Shown here piece after piece: positions 1-12,320 of a DNA stretch of 64,000 nucleotides. Source of the DNA: Piromyces finnis finn (lineage: Eukaryota; Fungi; Neocallimastigomycota); NCBI GenBank assembly GCA_002104945.1, contig MCFH01000033.1, positions 186,001 to 250,000 on the forward strand, given 5' to 3'. The translations under genes were made by a program, and so were the position numbers. How positions within the stretch are numbered: the first letter of the stretch is position 1; the number at the start of each line of letters is the position of its first letter. A model generated the notes under the pieces. The model worked only from the letters and a program-made list of their open reading frames with translations, ran no database searches and was not told the DNA's origin.

Positions 1-1
1 T

Positions 2-3000
2 GAATGGTATCCACTTCTATGGGCTTTAGAAAATAATAATATTGAAATTACAAAATTATTAATGGATTATGCTAAAGAAAAAAATATTAAATTGCTAATA
101 ACTGAAAAAAATAAAAAAAAATTGTTTCCACTTTTACTAGCTATTCATAATGATAATATGGAAATGATTAAATTATTGATTGATTATGCAGCTTCACAAA
201 ATATTAGGTTATATATCAACCAAAATCAAATAAAGCAATGTAAAAATTCTAACACTGATGTCTTAGAAATGTTAAAACAAAATAAAATTACTAATGACTT
301 TGAGTTAGATGTTAGTGTTGATGAAACTTTTAGTAGGGAAAATAACACCTTTTTACAAACTTTTAATAAAGTTATCAAAGATATAGAATTATATAAAAAA
401 GATCCAGAAAATAAAAATATTGAATTAAATATTAATATAAAAAATCAAGATGGATGGTATCCATTACTTTTTGCTATTCGAAATAATAATGTTGGAAATG
501 TCAAATCATTAATTGAGTATGCTAAGGATAATAATATGATTCTTGAATTTAATGAAAAAAACAAAGATGGATGGTATCCTCTTTTATTAGCTGTTCGAAA
601 TAATAATATTGAAATTTTTGATTTATTAAAAGGTTATTCAGAGTATGTAAAAAAACCTTTAATTATAGATGAAAATAATAATAATAAGGATAAATGTTAT
701 CCTCTGTTATTAGCAATTAAAAAAAATAACACTAAAATTGCAAAATTATTGATAGATTATTCCATTAAAAAAAAAATTATATTAAATATTAATGGTAAAG
801 ATATTAAAGGGTTTTCCCCACTTTATCATGCAATAAAAAATAAAAATATTGAAATTACTGAACTATTAATTAATTATTCCAAAAAAAAAAGTATTCCACT
901 AATAATAGATGAAGAAATTAAAATAGTTAAAAAAAAAGAAAATATAAAATCATATCCTCTATTTTTGGCAATAAATAAAAATTGTACTAGAATTGTAAAG
1001 CAATTAATTGACTATGCAAATTCTCAAAAAATTTTATTACCAATCAATGAAAAATTTGAAAGAATTAAAAGAAATAAAAAAATAAAATGGTACCCCCTTT
1101 ATGAAGCAATTACAAATAATAATATCGAAATTGTTAAAATGATAATAGAATATGCAAATAATAATAACATCCTATTAGAAATAAATGAAAATATTTGTAA
1201 TACATGCCCACTTTTAGAGGCTTGTAGTAACATGGAAGATAATAATGATAAAGATATTAAAAATAAAAAAAGAGAGATTGCAATAGAAATTATTAAATCA
1301 TTAATTTCCTATGCTGATTCTAAAAATATATATTTAGATATAAACGCAAAAAATGATAATTTATTTAATGCTATTGATTATGCATGTTATAAAAATAGTA
1401 TTGAAATATTAGAATTATTAAGTGACTATTCTGATAATAAAAGTATACTATTGGATGTTAATGCATATAATATGCATAAAAAATGTCCACTCATTTACTC
1501 TGTTACTGATGGTAACATTGAAATTGTAAAATTTTTAATGGCTTATGCCGATAGGAAAAATATAGAATTGAATATTAATATTAAAGATAATCAAAAAGCA
1601 TTGCCAATTCTCAATGCTATCTATTATAAGCATCCTAGTATTGCTGAATTACTAATTGATTATGCCAAGTCTAGAAATATAGTATTGAATATTAATGATA
1701 TCGATGAAGATGGACGTTATGCATTATATTATGCAATTTCATATAATTATTTTAAAATTACAAAATTATTAATGAATCATGCCAATGAAAAAGGAATAGT
1801 TCTAACTTTAAATGAAACAATAGAGATAGAGATAAATGGAAAAATAATAAATGATTATCCATTTTTAGCAGCAGTACGTTCAAACAATAATGGAATGGTA
1901 AATCAAATAATCAAATATGCTAAGGATAAAAATATAATATTAGATATTAACAATAAATCAAAAGATTCTCCTTCTCCACTTTTATTAGCTGTTTCTAATA
2001 ATAACTTCGAAATTACAGAATCTTTAATAAACTATTCAGATGATATTGATGAAGAGCTTAATTTTAGTGGTAAAAAGGATAATAAAGATTTGCTATCATG
2101 GGCAATTTATTATGAAAATGTTAAAATAATAAAATTACTTATTAAATATGCCGAAGACAAAGGAAAAGAGTTAATTGATACTACACAAGATAATAAAAGT
2201 AATCAGCTTTTAATAGCTATTAAAAACTTTGATGTCCTAAATTTATTTATTAAGCATGCAGAAAAAAGAAAAATAAAATTAGAAATAAATAAAAAAGGTG
2301 AAAATGAATTATATCCCCTTCTATCTGCTATAGACCATAACAATGAAAAAATTGTGGAAAAACTCATGACTTATACAGAAAAAAATTGTTCTAACAAGTT
2401 AGAAATTAAGGAAAAAGACAAAAGTGGAAATTATCCATTTTTATCAGCAATCAAAAATAATAACATTAAAATTTTAGATTTATTAATAGAATATGCAGAA
2501 AAAAATAACATAACCTTGAATGTTAATGAAAAGGACCAAAATGAAAACTATCCACTTTTAACAGCTATTCACGACAATAATGAAGAAATTGTTAAGTTAT
2601 TACATGATTATGCAAATAAAAATGAGATTCCTTTAGATATTAATGGAAAAGACAAAAGTGGAAATTATCCATTTTTATCAGCAATCAAAAATAATAACAT
2701 TAAAATTTTAAATTTATTAATAGAATATGCAGAAAAAAATAACATAACCTTGAATGTTAATGAAAAAGACCAAAATGAAAACTATCCACTTTTAACAGCT
2801 ATTCACCACAATAATGAAGAAATTGTTAAATTATTATATGATTATGTAAATAAAAATGGGATTTCTTTAGATATTAATGAAAAAGACAAAAGTGGAAATT
2901 ATCCATTTTTATCAGCAATCAAAAATAATAACATTAAAATTTTAGATTTATTAATAGAATATGCAGAAGAAAATAACATAACCTTGAATGTTAATGAAAA

Positions 3001-5665
3001 GTATAAAAAAGGGATGTATCCATTTTTACATGCTATTAATAACTATGATATCGCAGAGAAAATAATGAAATATTCTCATAAAAAGAAAATTATTCTAGAT
3101 ATTAATGAAAAAAATGATACTGGTAATTTTCCACTTTTGCTTTCTATAAGTAATAATAATATTGATACCTTAAAGTTATTAATAGAATATGCAAATGAAA
3201 ATCAAATCATTCTAAATATAAATAATAAAAATAATAATGGCGAATATCCACTATTACTATCAACTAAAAATGACAAAAAAGAAATAGTTAATATTTTAAT
3301 AAATTATGCAAATGAAAAAAAAATAATTTTAGATATTAATAATAAATATATAAATAAAAATGATGAAAATGATGATGATGAATTCCCAATATTATATGCT
3401 ATCCGTAATAATAATGAAGAAATCATTAGATATTTTATAGATTATAGTAAAATTAATAACATACCATTAGAAATAAACGAAAAAGGAATATATAAAATAT
3501 ATTCTCCAATAAATGATAATATAATTAAATTATTAAAACCATACCTAAATGAAAAAATATATAATCATCTTAATATCAAGAATAATAATAATTGTATTAC
3601 TAAAGAAGATTTTGAAAATGCCATTGATGATGATAGTAATAATTATGAAAAAACTATAAAGCATTTATTAAGTCAAGAAAAATCTATTAATTTAAATGCT
3701 TTAGAAAAAGAAGAATTGTTTTTTAAGGCTGTAGAAAAAAACAAACTATATATTATTAAACTTTTATTAACAAAATGTCAAGTCAATGTTAATATTAAAA
3801 AATCTGAAAATGAATATACTGCACTTCATATTGTTGCAAAGAAAAAAGAAAATATTGTAATAGCAAAAGAATTAATAGAAAAATATAATGCCGAAGTTAC
3901 TGAAAAAGATAAAAATAAAAACACACCATTACATATTGCAAGTAAATATGGTAATAATGAAATGGTCCATCTTTTAATAGAAAAAGATGAAGAATTAGTA
4001 AATATTCAAAACAATGAAAAATGGACACCACTTCATTTTGCTTGTGATCAAGGTCATGTTGAAACAGTAAAGATTCTTTTGAATTCTAAAGCAAGAATTG
4101 AAGAAAAAACTAATGATAATAAGACAGCATTTTATATCGCTTGTAATAAGAATCATAAAGGAGTAATTGAATATTTAATTGAAAAATATGAATCTATGAT
4201 AAATATTAATTTACGTTCTAATGAAGGTAAAACAGTACTTCATATTTCCTGTCAAAATAAAAATAAAGATATTGTTAACCTTCTTCTTGAAAATGGAGCA
4301 GATATTAATATAAAAGACAATAATTTAAATACACCATTACATATTGTTAGTAGTCAGGTAGAGAGTGAAGAAAGTGTTAATATCGCAGATAATTTAATAA
4401 AAAAACAAATTGAGTTAATTAAGTTCAAAAATAATAAAGAATGGACACCCCTACACATAGCAAGTCAACTTGGAAATAAAAAATTAATAGAGAAATTTTT
4501 AGAAAATGGAGCTAATATTAATTCCCCAACAATAGATGGTAAAACACCTCTTCATATTGCATGTGAAAATGGAAGAGCAAGTATTATTGGAACTTTAATA
4601 GATAAAGGCGCTGAAATTAATTCATTATCTGAAGATGACGAAACACCTCTTTATCTCGCTTGTCAAAATAACCATATACAAACCATTAAAATGCTTCTAG
4701 AAATGAAAGCAGATGTAGATATAGCTAATAAAAACAAGAAGACACCACTTCATGTTGCATGTGAAAATAAAAATTTTGTAATAATCAAACTTTTAATTCA
4801 ATCTAAAGCTGAAGTTAATTCAAAAACAGGAGATGATGATAAAACACCTCTTCATATTATATGTGAAAATAATAATGATGTGGAAATTGTAAAATATCTT
4901 ATAAAAAATCATGCTAAAATTGAAGAAAAGACTAAAGATGATAAAACACCAATTTATTTAGCTTGTGAAAATGGAAATAATAATGTTGTAAAATATCTCA
5001 TAGAATGCAAAGCAAAAATTAATATTACTGATAATGATTATAAAACTCCACTTTATATTTCCTGTGAAAAAGGAAACAATACTTCAGTTAAATATCTTTT
5101 AGATAATGGAGCTGAAGATGATATTAACAAAATAACTAATGATAAAATGACTCCTCTACTAATTGCATGCAAAAACGGCCATGAAGAAGTAGTTAGAACT
5201 CTCATTAAACATAAAGACAAACTTAAAATAGAAGAAACGACTGGTTCAGAGAATATAAATGCATTACATATTGCATGTAAAAATGGACATAATTTTGTTA
5301 AAATTTTAATTGATTATAAGCCGGATGATAAGGAATGGATACAAAAATTTATAAATACAACAACTAATAACGGTTGGTCAGCATTACATTATGCAGCATA
5401 TAGTAAAAGTCCAGATATTGTTGAAACTCTTATTAATATGGAGGGTATTAAATATAGAGATTATGTTAAAAAAGATAACGAGGGTGGTGGTAAATTTAGA
5501 AATAAAAATGCAAAAGAAATTGCAGAAATGCAAGGTTGTGATGAAATAAAAAAATTGATAAAAGATAAAATGCTTCAAGAAAGAAAGGAAAATATTTTAA
5601 GATATACTAAACAAGCCTTAAATATTATTTTTGAAAAAGTAACAAAAAATATCATCCCTGCTTAA
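2..5665 (+). CDS. Giant ankyrin-repeat protein (>1887 aa, 5' end outside the window), intronless
   Basis: The frame is open from position 2 (EWYPLLWALENNNIEITKLL precedes the ORF-track Met at 62). The N-terminal ~1150 aa are ~39-aa ankyrin-like repeats (YPLLxA..NN..IVKLLI.YA). The C-terminal ~600 aa are canonical ~33-aa TPLH ankyrin repeats. No intron in 5.6 kb. Confidence 0.9.
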   Translation, partial: EWYPLLWALENNNIEITKLLMDYAKEKNIKLLITEKNKKKLFPLLLAIHNDNMEMIKLLIDYAASQNIRLYINQNQIKQCKNSNTDVLEMLKQNKITNDFELDVSVDETFSRENNTFLQTFNKVIKDIELYKKDPENKNIELNINIKNQDGWYPLLFAIRNNNVGNVKSLIEYAKDNNMILEFNEKNKDGWYPLLLAVRNNNIEIFDLLKGYSEYVKKPLIIDENNNNKDKCYPLLLAIKKNNTKIAKLLIDYSIKKKIILNINGKDIKGFSPLYHAIKNKNIEITELLINYSKKKSIPLIIDEEIKIVKKKENIKSYPLFLAINKNCTRIVKQLIDYANSQKILLPINEKFERIKRNKKIKWYPLYEAITNNNIEIVKMIIEYANNNNILLEINENICNTCPLLEACSNMEDNNDKDIKNKKREIAIEIIKSLISYADSKNIYLDINAKNDNLFNAIDYACYKNSIEILELLSDYSDNKSILLDVNAYNMHKKCPLIYSVTDGNIEIVKFLMAYADRKNIELNINIKDNQKALPILNAIYYKHPSIAELLIDYAKSRNIVLNINDIDEDGRYALYYAISYNYFKITKLLMNHANEKGIVLTLNETIEIEINGKIINDYPFLAAVRSNNNGMVNQIIKYAKDKNIILDINNKSKDSPSPLLLAVSNNNFEITESLINYSDDIDEELNFSGKKDNKDLLSWAIYYENVKIIKLLIKYAEDKGKELIDTTQDNKSNQLLIAIKNFDVLNLFIKHAEKRKIKLEINKKGENELYPLLSAIDHNNEKIVEKLMTYTEKNCSNKLEIKEKDKSGNYPFLSAIKNNNIKILDLLIEYAEKNNITLNVNEKDQNENYPLLTAIHDNNEEIVKLLHDYANKNEIPLDINGKDKSGNYPFLSAIKNNNIKILNLLIEYAEKNNITLNVNEKDQNENYPLLTAIHHNNEEIVKLLYDYVNKNGISLDINEKDKSGNYPFLSAIKNNNIKILDLLIEYAEENNITLNVNEKYKKGMYPFLHAINNYDIAEKIMKYSHKKKIILDINEKNDTGNFPLLLSISNNNIDTLKLLIEYANENQIILNINNKNNNGEYPLLLSTKNDKKEIVNILINYANEKKIILDINNKYINKNDENDDDEFPILYAIRNNNEEIIRYFIDYSKINNIPLEINEKGIYKIYSPINDNIIKLLKPYLNEKIYNHLNIKNNNNCITKEDFENAIDDDSNNYEKTIKHLLSQEKSINLNALEKEELFFKAVEKNKLYIIKLLLTKCQVNVNIKKSENEYTALHIVAKKKENIVIAKELIEKYNAEVTEKDKNKNTPLHIASKYGNNEMVHLLIEKDEELVNIQNNEKWTPLHFACDQGHVETVKILLNSKARIEEKTNDNKTAFYIACNKNHKGVIEYLIEKYESMININLRSNEGKTVLHISCQNKNKDIVNLLLENGADINIKDNNLNTPLHIVSSQVESEESVNIADNLIKKQIELIKFKNNKEWTPLHIASQLGNKKLIEKFLENGANINSPTIDGKTPLHIACENGRASIIGTLIDKGAEINSLSEDDETPLYLACQNNHIQTIKMLLEMKADVDIANKNKKTPLHVACENKNFVIIKLLIQSKAEVNSKTGDDDKTPLHIICENNNDVEIVKYLIKNHAKIEEKTKDDKTPIYLACENGNNNVVKYLIECKAKINITDNDYKTPLYISCEKGNNTSVKYLLDNGAEDDINKITNDKMTPLLIACKNGHEEVVRTLIKHKDKLKIEETTGSENINALHIACKNGHNFVKILIDYKPDDKEWIQKFINTTTNNGWSALHYAAYSKSPDIVETLINMEGIKYRDYVKKDNEGGGKFRNKNAKEIAEMQGCDEIKKLIKDKMLQERKENILRYTKQALNIIFEKVTKNIIPA
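2411..3000 (+). repeat. Near-identical 234-bp (78-aa, two-ankyrin) tandem repeat, ~2.5 copies, inside the ankyrin ORF
   Basis: gaaaaagacaaaagtggaaattatcc recurs at ~2411, ~2645 and ~2879 (period 234); the peptide KDKSGNYPFLSAIKNNNIKIL occurs three times. Confidence 0.9.
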
Positions 5666-7009
5666 ATTTATATAATAAAAATCATATAAAATATATACAA
5701 AATACAAACTACAAACTAGTTAAAATAAAAAGTACTTAATATAAATAATATATATTAAGTATTTTATATATATATATATATAAAAGAAAGAAAAAAAAAT
5801 ATAAGAAACAAAAATATATAAAAAAAAAAAAAGCATTATTAAAAAATAAGAATTAATAATAGTATTAATTCTTACTTTTTAATAATATTTTAAAATAAAT
5901 TTAATAATCTAAACATTCAAATTAAATCTAACAATTTCAATATTAACTATATATTATTGAAAAGTATAAAGAATTAATTTGAATTTCATATCTAGTATAT
6001 GTATATTATAATTGTTATAACTAATTATAAACTATTATACTCAAAATTGTAATGCTTAAAATTAACACTATATAATAAATAAATAAATAAATATTAGATA
6101 TAATCTTGATTAAGATTTATGATTATTATAACTTTTGTTAAATAAATATATATTATATGTGTTAACATTTATTAAAAATAAATAATATATTTAAAGAATT
6201 TTATAATTTTTACCTATTGTAATAATTTATTATTATATTAAGCCACAATATAACTATAATTAATAAATACATTTTGTGTAAGGTATTAAAATAATATTAA
6301 TTTCTTATCAAAAGGTATTAACAAATTCGACAAAATAGATAATCCTAATCAAGTTTTTCTAATGATATATATAAAATAATAAAATAATAAGAAATTTAAA
6401 AAAAACAATTATTTCATTCAAATTATTAGATAATAAAAAAAAATAAATATATAAATTATAAGATTTACATTTATGTTTTATATAATAAATGGACTAGTAG
6501 CAACTAAGTTTTTTTAAAGTTCATATTTTTTAATTTATGCAATAATGCTCAACCAAATATATCCTAACCCTATTAAAACGAAATTTTAAAAGTTTTTTCA
6601 GTATCCAATCATATTCCTATCCATTTTAGATTAAATTAAAATAAACTTTAAATATTAGTAAAATCTAATTTTATATAATTAATTGTAGGTTAAAATATAT
6701 TGGAGTTTATTATATTATATTATGATATATTAATATTTCAAAAAAGAAAATTTTAAACTTTGAAAATTTTAATTAATATAATTTATTTTCATTAAAATTA
6801 TATTTACATCCCTTTTTATTTTTTTTATTATTTTAATATTTTTTTGATAAGAAAAAAAAAAAAACAATTAGAAAATAGTCTTTATATATATGAACAAAAT
6901 AGGATTATAATGTAATATAAAATAAAAAGATAATAATTAGAAATAAGATATAAAAAATAAAAAAAGTATTATTATAATCTATTAATATTATTTATAAATA
7001 AAATTTAAA

Positions 7010-9271
7010 ATGAATAATTTACCTTATGAAGTCAATAACTTAATATTTAAACATTTAGATAAAAGAAATTTAATTAATTGTTTATGCGTTAATAAAAAGT
7101 TTGCAAATTTCATTTATAAATTAGTATGGAATAAAATATCTTTAAAAGATGAAAAACTATTAGTTAAAGTATGGTTTGAAAATAGTAATAATAATGGTAA
7201 TATAATTACCGATTTTTCAAATATAGTCAAACCAGATTTAATGTTTCCATATAATGAAGCTGTAACCATTATAGAATGTACTTATCTTAACACAATAACA
7301 TATAACATGGAAAGGATTATAAACGCATGTAAGAATGTAAGATGCATTATATATCAAAGCTCTGTAATAGAAAAACCATTTTTGAGATTTATGAGACCTC
7401 TTCATCAATGGGAACTTTATAACATACCAAATTATAAATACTTAAATAACCAGGTATTGTTAAAAAAAATTGATAAAAACAGTAGATTAATAAATAATAA
7501 TGAATGGGATGATAAAACTGTTACCATGGAAGAATATAATGATAATTCTTTTGTCTATTCAGATCAAAATAACTACAGCTCTACTGAAATTGAAGAGGAA
7601 ATGTCTATGGTATTAAACTCTATTGAACAAGAGTTTGAGATATCTAATGAAATTATTAGTATTTCAGATAATAATGAAGTACATATATCAGAACTTGATA
7701 ATAATTTAGAATTTGAAAAAAATATAGTTAATAATTCCAATATAGATATTGATAACCATAATAACACTTCTTCAGCATTACAAATAAATAATAACTCGTA
7801 TTATTTGGACAACACCAAAAATATACCGTTTCCAATTCTTACAAATTTAAAAATTCTTGATTTTAGTAATTCTTGTATATCTCCAGAAGTATTGGAAAGT
7901 TTTATTACTAATTGTTCTAATATAGAGGAAATTATATTCCTTAAGAATGAAATTAGTAACAAGAGCTTACAACAATTTATGAAATGTAAAACTCTCAAAT
8001 ATCTTCATATTAATTTTGAAATATCAGCATGGGATGATGAATTTACTTATGAAGGATTTACAATATTTATTGATTTTTGTTGTGAAAAGTTACATAAATT
8101 ATATATTCATTCTATAAAGTTATTAGATAAAAATATGATTAATTATTTAGTAAATCATTGCCCAAAAAGTATTTGTTCTATTGCATTTGATTCACTAAAT
8201 ATCACTAGTCAAGAAATTTCATATTTCATTAAACAAACTACAAAGTTAAATGAACTGGTAATTGGTTCAAGATTCTCAAAAAGTAATATAGCAAAATTAC
8301 CTTTTGATTTAAGTATTATTTATCCAGATAATAATTTGATGCTATTAAATTTTTCTAATCATTCATCTAATTCTTTTATCAATGGTAAGAAGGATGAAAT
8401 TCCATATACTATAAATTCTTTAGATATTTTATTTAAGAAAACAAAAAATACGGAATGGTTAAGACATTTAACAAAATTTGATTATTATTTTAAAAAAATG
8501 AAAGATAAATATATTGAACCATTTATATTTATAGTGAAAGAAATGAATAATTTAGAACATTTAATTCTTATGGGTGATGTTTCATTCACTAATAAAAATA
8601 TATGTGATTTATTATTTAATTTAAAAAAATTAAAATTTTTAAATCTTTGGTTATATAACTCTGAATATAACTTTAATAACTTTACTAACGATAATATTTG
8701 TAAAGCAAAAAATATTAATAACATAATACTATCTAACCTTAAATCTAAATTACTAAAAACTACAATTATTCAACATAATAAATGTAAATTAAATAATTCA
8801 ATATTACATAATAATATGATTGAAGACTATAATTTAAATTCATTAATATCTTCAATATATAATGATTTACATTTTATTGAAACACCATCACCATTTGCAC
8901 TTACTTCCGATTGCTTAGAATTAATAGCTTGTGGTGTTTGTCCTAAACTTAAAGAAATATCTGGATACTTTAGTACAGATATTACTCCAGAACAATTAGA
9001 AAATACTATTCATAACTTATCCTACATTAATACTATCTTTATTTCTAATTTCCAATTTGAGCAAAACAACACTATAAATACTATAACTAATGATTATCAA
9101 TTGAAATGGAAATCATTTTCAAATAAATACAAAATAAATAAAAAATTTAATAATAAAATAAACCATTTTAATGAACTTAATGAAATATTAATATCATCTC
9201 ATAGAATGGTATTAACTTTTAACGAATCATTTATTTATAGGATTAAGAACTCTATATATAATAATATATAA
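7010..9271 (+). CDS. F-box / leucine-rich-repeat (RNI-like) protein, 753 aa, single exon
   Basis: N-terminal F-box pattern LPYEVNNLIFKHLDKRNLINCLCVNKKFANF; downstream LRR-like segments (LKILDFSNSCIS, LKYLHI, LNELVIG, LEHLILMG, LKFLNLW, LKEISG). Confidence 0.8.
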   Translation: MNNLPYEVNNLIFKHLDKRNLINCLCVNKKFANFIYKLVWNKISLKDEKLLVKVWFENSNNNGNIITDFSNIVKPDLMFPYNEAVTIIECTYLNTITYNMERIINACKNVRCIIYQSSVIEKPFLRFMRPLHQWELYNIPNYKYLNNQVLLKKIDKNSRLINNNEWDDKTVTMEEYNDNSFVYSDQNNYSSTEIEEEMSMVLNSIEQEFEISNEIISISDNNEVHISELDNNLEFEKNIVNNSNIDIDNHNNTSSALQINNNSYYLDNTKNIPFPILTNLKILDFSNSCISPEVLESFITNCSNIEEIIFLKNEISNKSLQQFMKCKTLKYLHINFEISAWDDEFTYEGFTIFIDFCCEKLHKLYIHSIKLLDKNMINYLVNHCPKSICSIAFDSLNITSQEISYFIKQTTKLNELVIGSRFSKSNIAKLPFDLSIIYPDNNLMLLNFSNHSSNSFINGKKDEIPYTINSLDILFKKTKNTEWLRHLTKFDYYFKKMKDKYIEPFIFIVKEMNNLEHLILMGDVSFTNKNICDLLFNLKKLKFLNLWLYNSEYNFNNFTNDNICKAKNINNIILSNLKSKLLKTTIIQHNKCKLNNSILHNNMIEDYNLNSLISSIYNDLHFIETPSPFALTSDCLELIACGVCPKLKEISGYFSTDITPEQLENTIHNLSYINTIFISNFQFEQNNTINTITNDYQLKWKSFSNKYKINKKFNNKINHFNELNEILISSHRMVLTFNESFIYRIKNSIYNNI

Positions 9272-9719
9272 GTAACGATAATAAAAAGTAGAAATTATTT
9301 TAAATAACATTTTAAAAAAATAAAAATTTATAATATAGAATAAAAATATAATATTCTTTTTTTATTATAGTATTAAAATTAAATAAATAAAAATTCAAAA
9401 AATCTAGTGATAGCTTCGTTTTTCAAAAAAATATTTCATTATATGATATTTAAAATCATTTTTATATATATTTTTATTTTTATGTATATAAAAAATTTTA
9501 TTAATAATTTTATTAAATATACTATCTATATAATTATCAATATAATATAAAATATAATAATAAAGGATTGCTATTAAAATTTTTTATTTCTTTTTTTTTT
9601 AAAGAAAAAAGGAAAATGGAAATGAAAAAAATGAATAAATTATTTTTACGTTATATTGAATATTAGATAAGTAATTGATTGACACTCAATTTTTTTAATT
9701 TAAAATAATTTATTAAAAA

Positions 9720-11160
9720 CAATTATATAAAATATATATTTCATTTTATTATTTTTTTTCCTTTTTTAGACGTTCTTTTTCTTTTTTTATTTCTTCTTTT
9801 TCTCTTTTAATTTTTTCCTTTTCTTCCTTTTTTCTTTCTTTTTCTAAACGTTTTAATTCTTTTTTTCTTTCTTTTTCTTTTTTTTTTTCTTCTTTCTTAT
9901 TTTTAATAGAACAATTAGAAGAAACGGAACAATCATCCAGATTATTAATACTCCTTCTACTATTATTACAATTGTTAGAAGCATCAATATTAATAGAAGC
10001 TATAATTAATAATAAATAAATTAATTAAAATATAAATAATTTAAACTATTGTGAAGGAGTTATTAAAAAATAAGAGAATGAGTTATTTTACCATTTGAAT
10101 TTTTTTCCTCTTGTTTATTATTATCATCTGAACTATCCATATTAATGGAACCATTACTTAGAAAGGCTGGAATAATTAGATTATTATTTTTTGGTGGCAA
10201 TTTTGCTAAGCAACCTTGATTTCTTACTTCAACCTGTTACAAAAAAATAATAATTTATTATTAGCTACTACTAATTCATATTAATTTAATTTCATATAAT
10301 ATACCTCGATTGTCTTCAATCCCTATATTATTAATTTTTATTAATATTATTAGTATATAATAACAATGTAAAAGACAATTTTTAATTATTAATTATTAAT
10401 TGAATATTTACAATTTTTCTCTTTAAGATCCATGTTTCCTGTATATTATTAATTAAATCATTAATTGGTATATAAATAAAAAAAAAAAATAACAATTATA
10501 TATATTACTTCTAGTGGCTCATTTTCTATAGATATCATTGAAATTCTGCGATCCTGATATATGTTATATTTAAATATTATTAAATACGAAAATAAAGGAA
10601 TATATCTTATTTTGCATATACTTACAATTTTACTGAAATAGTCAACTATTTTATCATCCTCAGTTTGAACCATATTACTTGCCTATAAAATTGAAAGTGA
10701 TAATAAGTGTTATAAAATCAACTATATGAAATGATTTATATAAATATAATTAATATATTAATTATTACAGTTGTGTTTTGGTATAATGCTTCAATAGTTG
10801 ATTCTAAGTCTTTAATTAATCGTTTTTGATTTTCAATAATTTCATCTTTATTATCTTCATTATCAATATAACTTCCATTCGAAATACTATCTTCTTCTTT
10901 TTCATCTTCATCAATAACTAGACTAAAATCATCATCATCTTCTTCTTCTTCATTAATAGATTGAATTAAATTCTCAGACCAGGTTATTTTCTTTGCTTGA
11001 TTTTTTTTTATAATTGATTTATCTTCTTTAATATTGTTACTGCTAGGGTCTAAAAATGAACATTCTGAATATTCAATATCCGAATGTTCAATAAAACTAC
11101 TTGCATCATCATTATTTTCATTGTCATCTCTATTATCATTATTATTTTGATCCTCTTTTA

Positions 11161-11245
<85 letters not shown>

Positions 11246-11945
11246 ATTATCATTGATTATTTTGTTTTTTTCTTCTATTTCCTTATCTTTATTTTTAATA
11301 GTTTCTTCATATTCAATAAATTTTCGATGAAGCCATTCCATTTCATCCATTATTTGATTTAAGTTATGTAATTTTTCATTTAATTCAGAAATATTCTTGT
11401 CTTTTTCGCTTATTTGCTTATCCTTTTCACTTAATAGAGCCTGTAAATTAGTAAATTTCTGTTGAAGGCAATAAATTTCATCCTTTTCATTTGTTATATT
11501 ATTTTTATTATCAATATATTCATTCATCATATTTGCTTTTCTATTATTTTTTTTCTTTTTAGTGCATAATGATGACGTTGTACTTTCTTGAGAATTATTA
11601 TCATTCTTCTTTTTAATTTTAGGTATACTATTTATTGAATCTGAATCATAACTTTTTGTACTATCATTTATTGAATGCTCATAATCATTTCTACTATAGT
11701 TTTTTTTAGATGATGTGGATGTTAAAAAACTTAAACTATCTATTTCATTAGTATTATCTATTTTTTCATTTTTTGTATTCTTATTAAGATCTTCAATAAT
11801 TAAATTATTATTATTATTATTATTATTATTATGCCAATGATAATGATGGTGGTTATGATGACCATGATCATGTTTTTGAGATAGTCTTGAATTAGTATTT
11901 ATATATGACAAAGACGAATAATATTCTTTTTCTCTATTCAATCTC

Positions 11946-12000
<55 letters not shown>

Positions 12001-12320
12001 GTTTTGAATCTTCATTATTTCTTAATATTGAGGAATCATTTGTTTCATTAGAATAGTGATGAATATGGTTTTTTATTATTTTATTTTTATCTAACATTGA
12101 CAAATCTTTTTTATTCTTATTAATTGAGATATTCTTTCTTTTCTTTTCTTCCTCCCTTGATCTAATTTTTTGTCTTAAAATATCCATTTTTCTATGTAAT
12201 TTTTCGATTTCTTTTTTCTTTTTTTCGATTGATTTTTTATAATTATAATTTTTATTACTAATATCAATGTATTTATCTGTTTCATATGAATCATCTGTTA
12301 CATAACTTAAAGACTTTTAT
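9720..12320 (-). CDS. Multi-exon low-complexity / coiled-coil protein of unknown function; both ends uncertain
   Basis: A large exon covers ORF 10736-12187 and its frame stays open upstream to ~12320. It has poly-Asn and His runs and a coiled coil (LQQKFTNLQALLSEKDKQISEKDKNISELNEKL). Further exons lie near 10510-10675, 10305-10322 (18 nt), 10092-10233 and a Lys-rich last exon ~9720-9990, with GT-AG borders. Confidence 0.6.
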
